Below are positions 63,423 to 64,000 of a DNA stretch of 64,000 nucleotides, in pieces; the first letter of the stretch is position 1; the number at the start of each line of letters is the position of its first letter. The position numbers were made by a program, and so were the translations under genes. Origin of the DNA: Candidatus Eiseniibacteriota bacterium (GTDB lineage: Bacteria > Eisenbacteria > RBG-16-71-46 > CAVPCR01); NCBI GenBank assembly GCA_963702435.1, contig CAVPCR010000001.1, positions 928,001 to 992,000 on the forward strand, given 5' to 3'. The notes beneath the pieces were generated by a model. The model was given only the letters and a program-made list of their open reading frames with translations. It was not told where the DNA came from and made no database searches.

Positions 63423-64000
63423 TCGACGGCGCGGAGCCGGTTCCCCTGGAGGAGGCCCTTCCGCCGCATGATGAAGTAGCCCGCGTTCCCGGCGATGACG
63501 AGGGCCACGATGAGGAGATGCCCCGCCGACTGCGAGCCCATGCCGCGCACGCCGAAGGCCGGCCGCTCGATCAGCGTCTCGTACTCGGCGGCGCCCTTCA
63601 ACCCGCCGAGGAAGCCCTTGATCTGTCCCGACTGATAGAACGGGTAGATGAAGATGGCCTGGATCGCCGTGTTGCCGCTCACCATGCGCTGGCCATAGCG
63701 CGCGCCCGCGTACGCGGCCCAGAACTCGGAGAGCTGGCTCCCCGCGATCGAGACCAGGAGCTCGATGTCGCGATAGGCGTCGCAGGTGGCGAGGAGCGGT
63801 AGCTCGCTCGTCGGGCGCCCGAACTGGTCCACGGGGAAGGTGGCCTTGATGCTCTCGCCGAGCCGGAGCATGGTCCCCGACCAGTCGGGGTTGTAGCCGA
63901 GGAACACGTAGTCGGTGCCGTAGGTCTTGCCGTGGCGCCGGGCCGCCGCCTCGAGGCGCGCCTGGCCGATGCCGACGCCGCCCGCGTAGTTGGTCATGGC
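63404..64000 (-). CDS. paralog of subunit C (53182-54051), 5' truncated by window edge
   Basis: DYVFLGYNP, FPVDQFG.P, YPFYQSGQ, GLKGAAEYE, GM..Q...HL.I. Confidence 0.85.
   Translation of the reverse strand, partial: AMTNYAGGVGIGQARLEAAARRHGKTYGTDYVFLGYNPDWSGTMLRLGESIKATFPVDQFGRPTSELPLLATCDAYRDIELLVSIAGSQLSEFWAAYAGARYGQRMVSGNTAIQAIFIYPFYQSGQIKGFLGGLKGAAEYETLIERPAFGVRGMGSQSAGHLLIVALVIAGNAGYFIMRRKGLLQGNRLRAVEREGRS

Overview
High-GC bacterial DNA. I infer an FCB-group candidate phylum (Eisenbacteria/Krumholzibacteriota/Latescibacterota-like), because five secreted proteins share an FlgD/T9SS-like C-terminal domain. About 55 CDS: secreted peptidases (gingipain-like C25 broken by ~11 single-base insertions, M14, M28), two LVIVD beta-propeller proteins, three type II toxin-antitoxin pairs, a DUF222-HNH gene ending in palindromes, a biotin carboxylase/BCCP/HMG-CoA lyase operon, an octaheme HAO-family cytochrome, MacA plus two permeases, AddAB, an Flp pilin with a sigma54-like promoter, and a TusA/tRNA sulfurtransferase pair. 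The best candidate for an undescribed system is a four-gene, ATPase-free membrane operon (51290-54691; FN3 plus DUF6754-like) with apparent inverted-topology pseudo-symmetry; a second paralogous copy lies at the right end of the window. Also notable: a collapsed mini-copy of the LVIVD gene and a duplicated addA 3' end flanking the SagB-like gene, several apparently leaderless genes, a Ser/Thr kinase relic, and an in-frame UGA followed by a hairpin. No rRNA, tRNA, CRISPR array, transposase or integrase was recognised. All family assignments are by motif recognition, without database searches.
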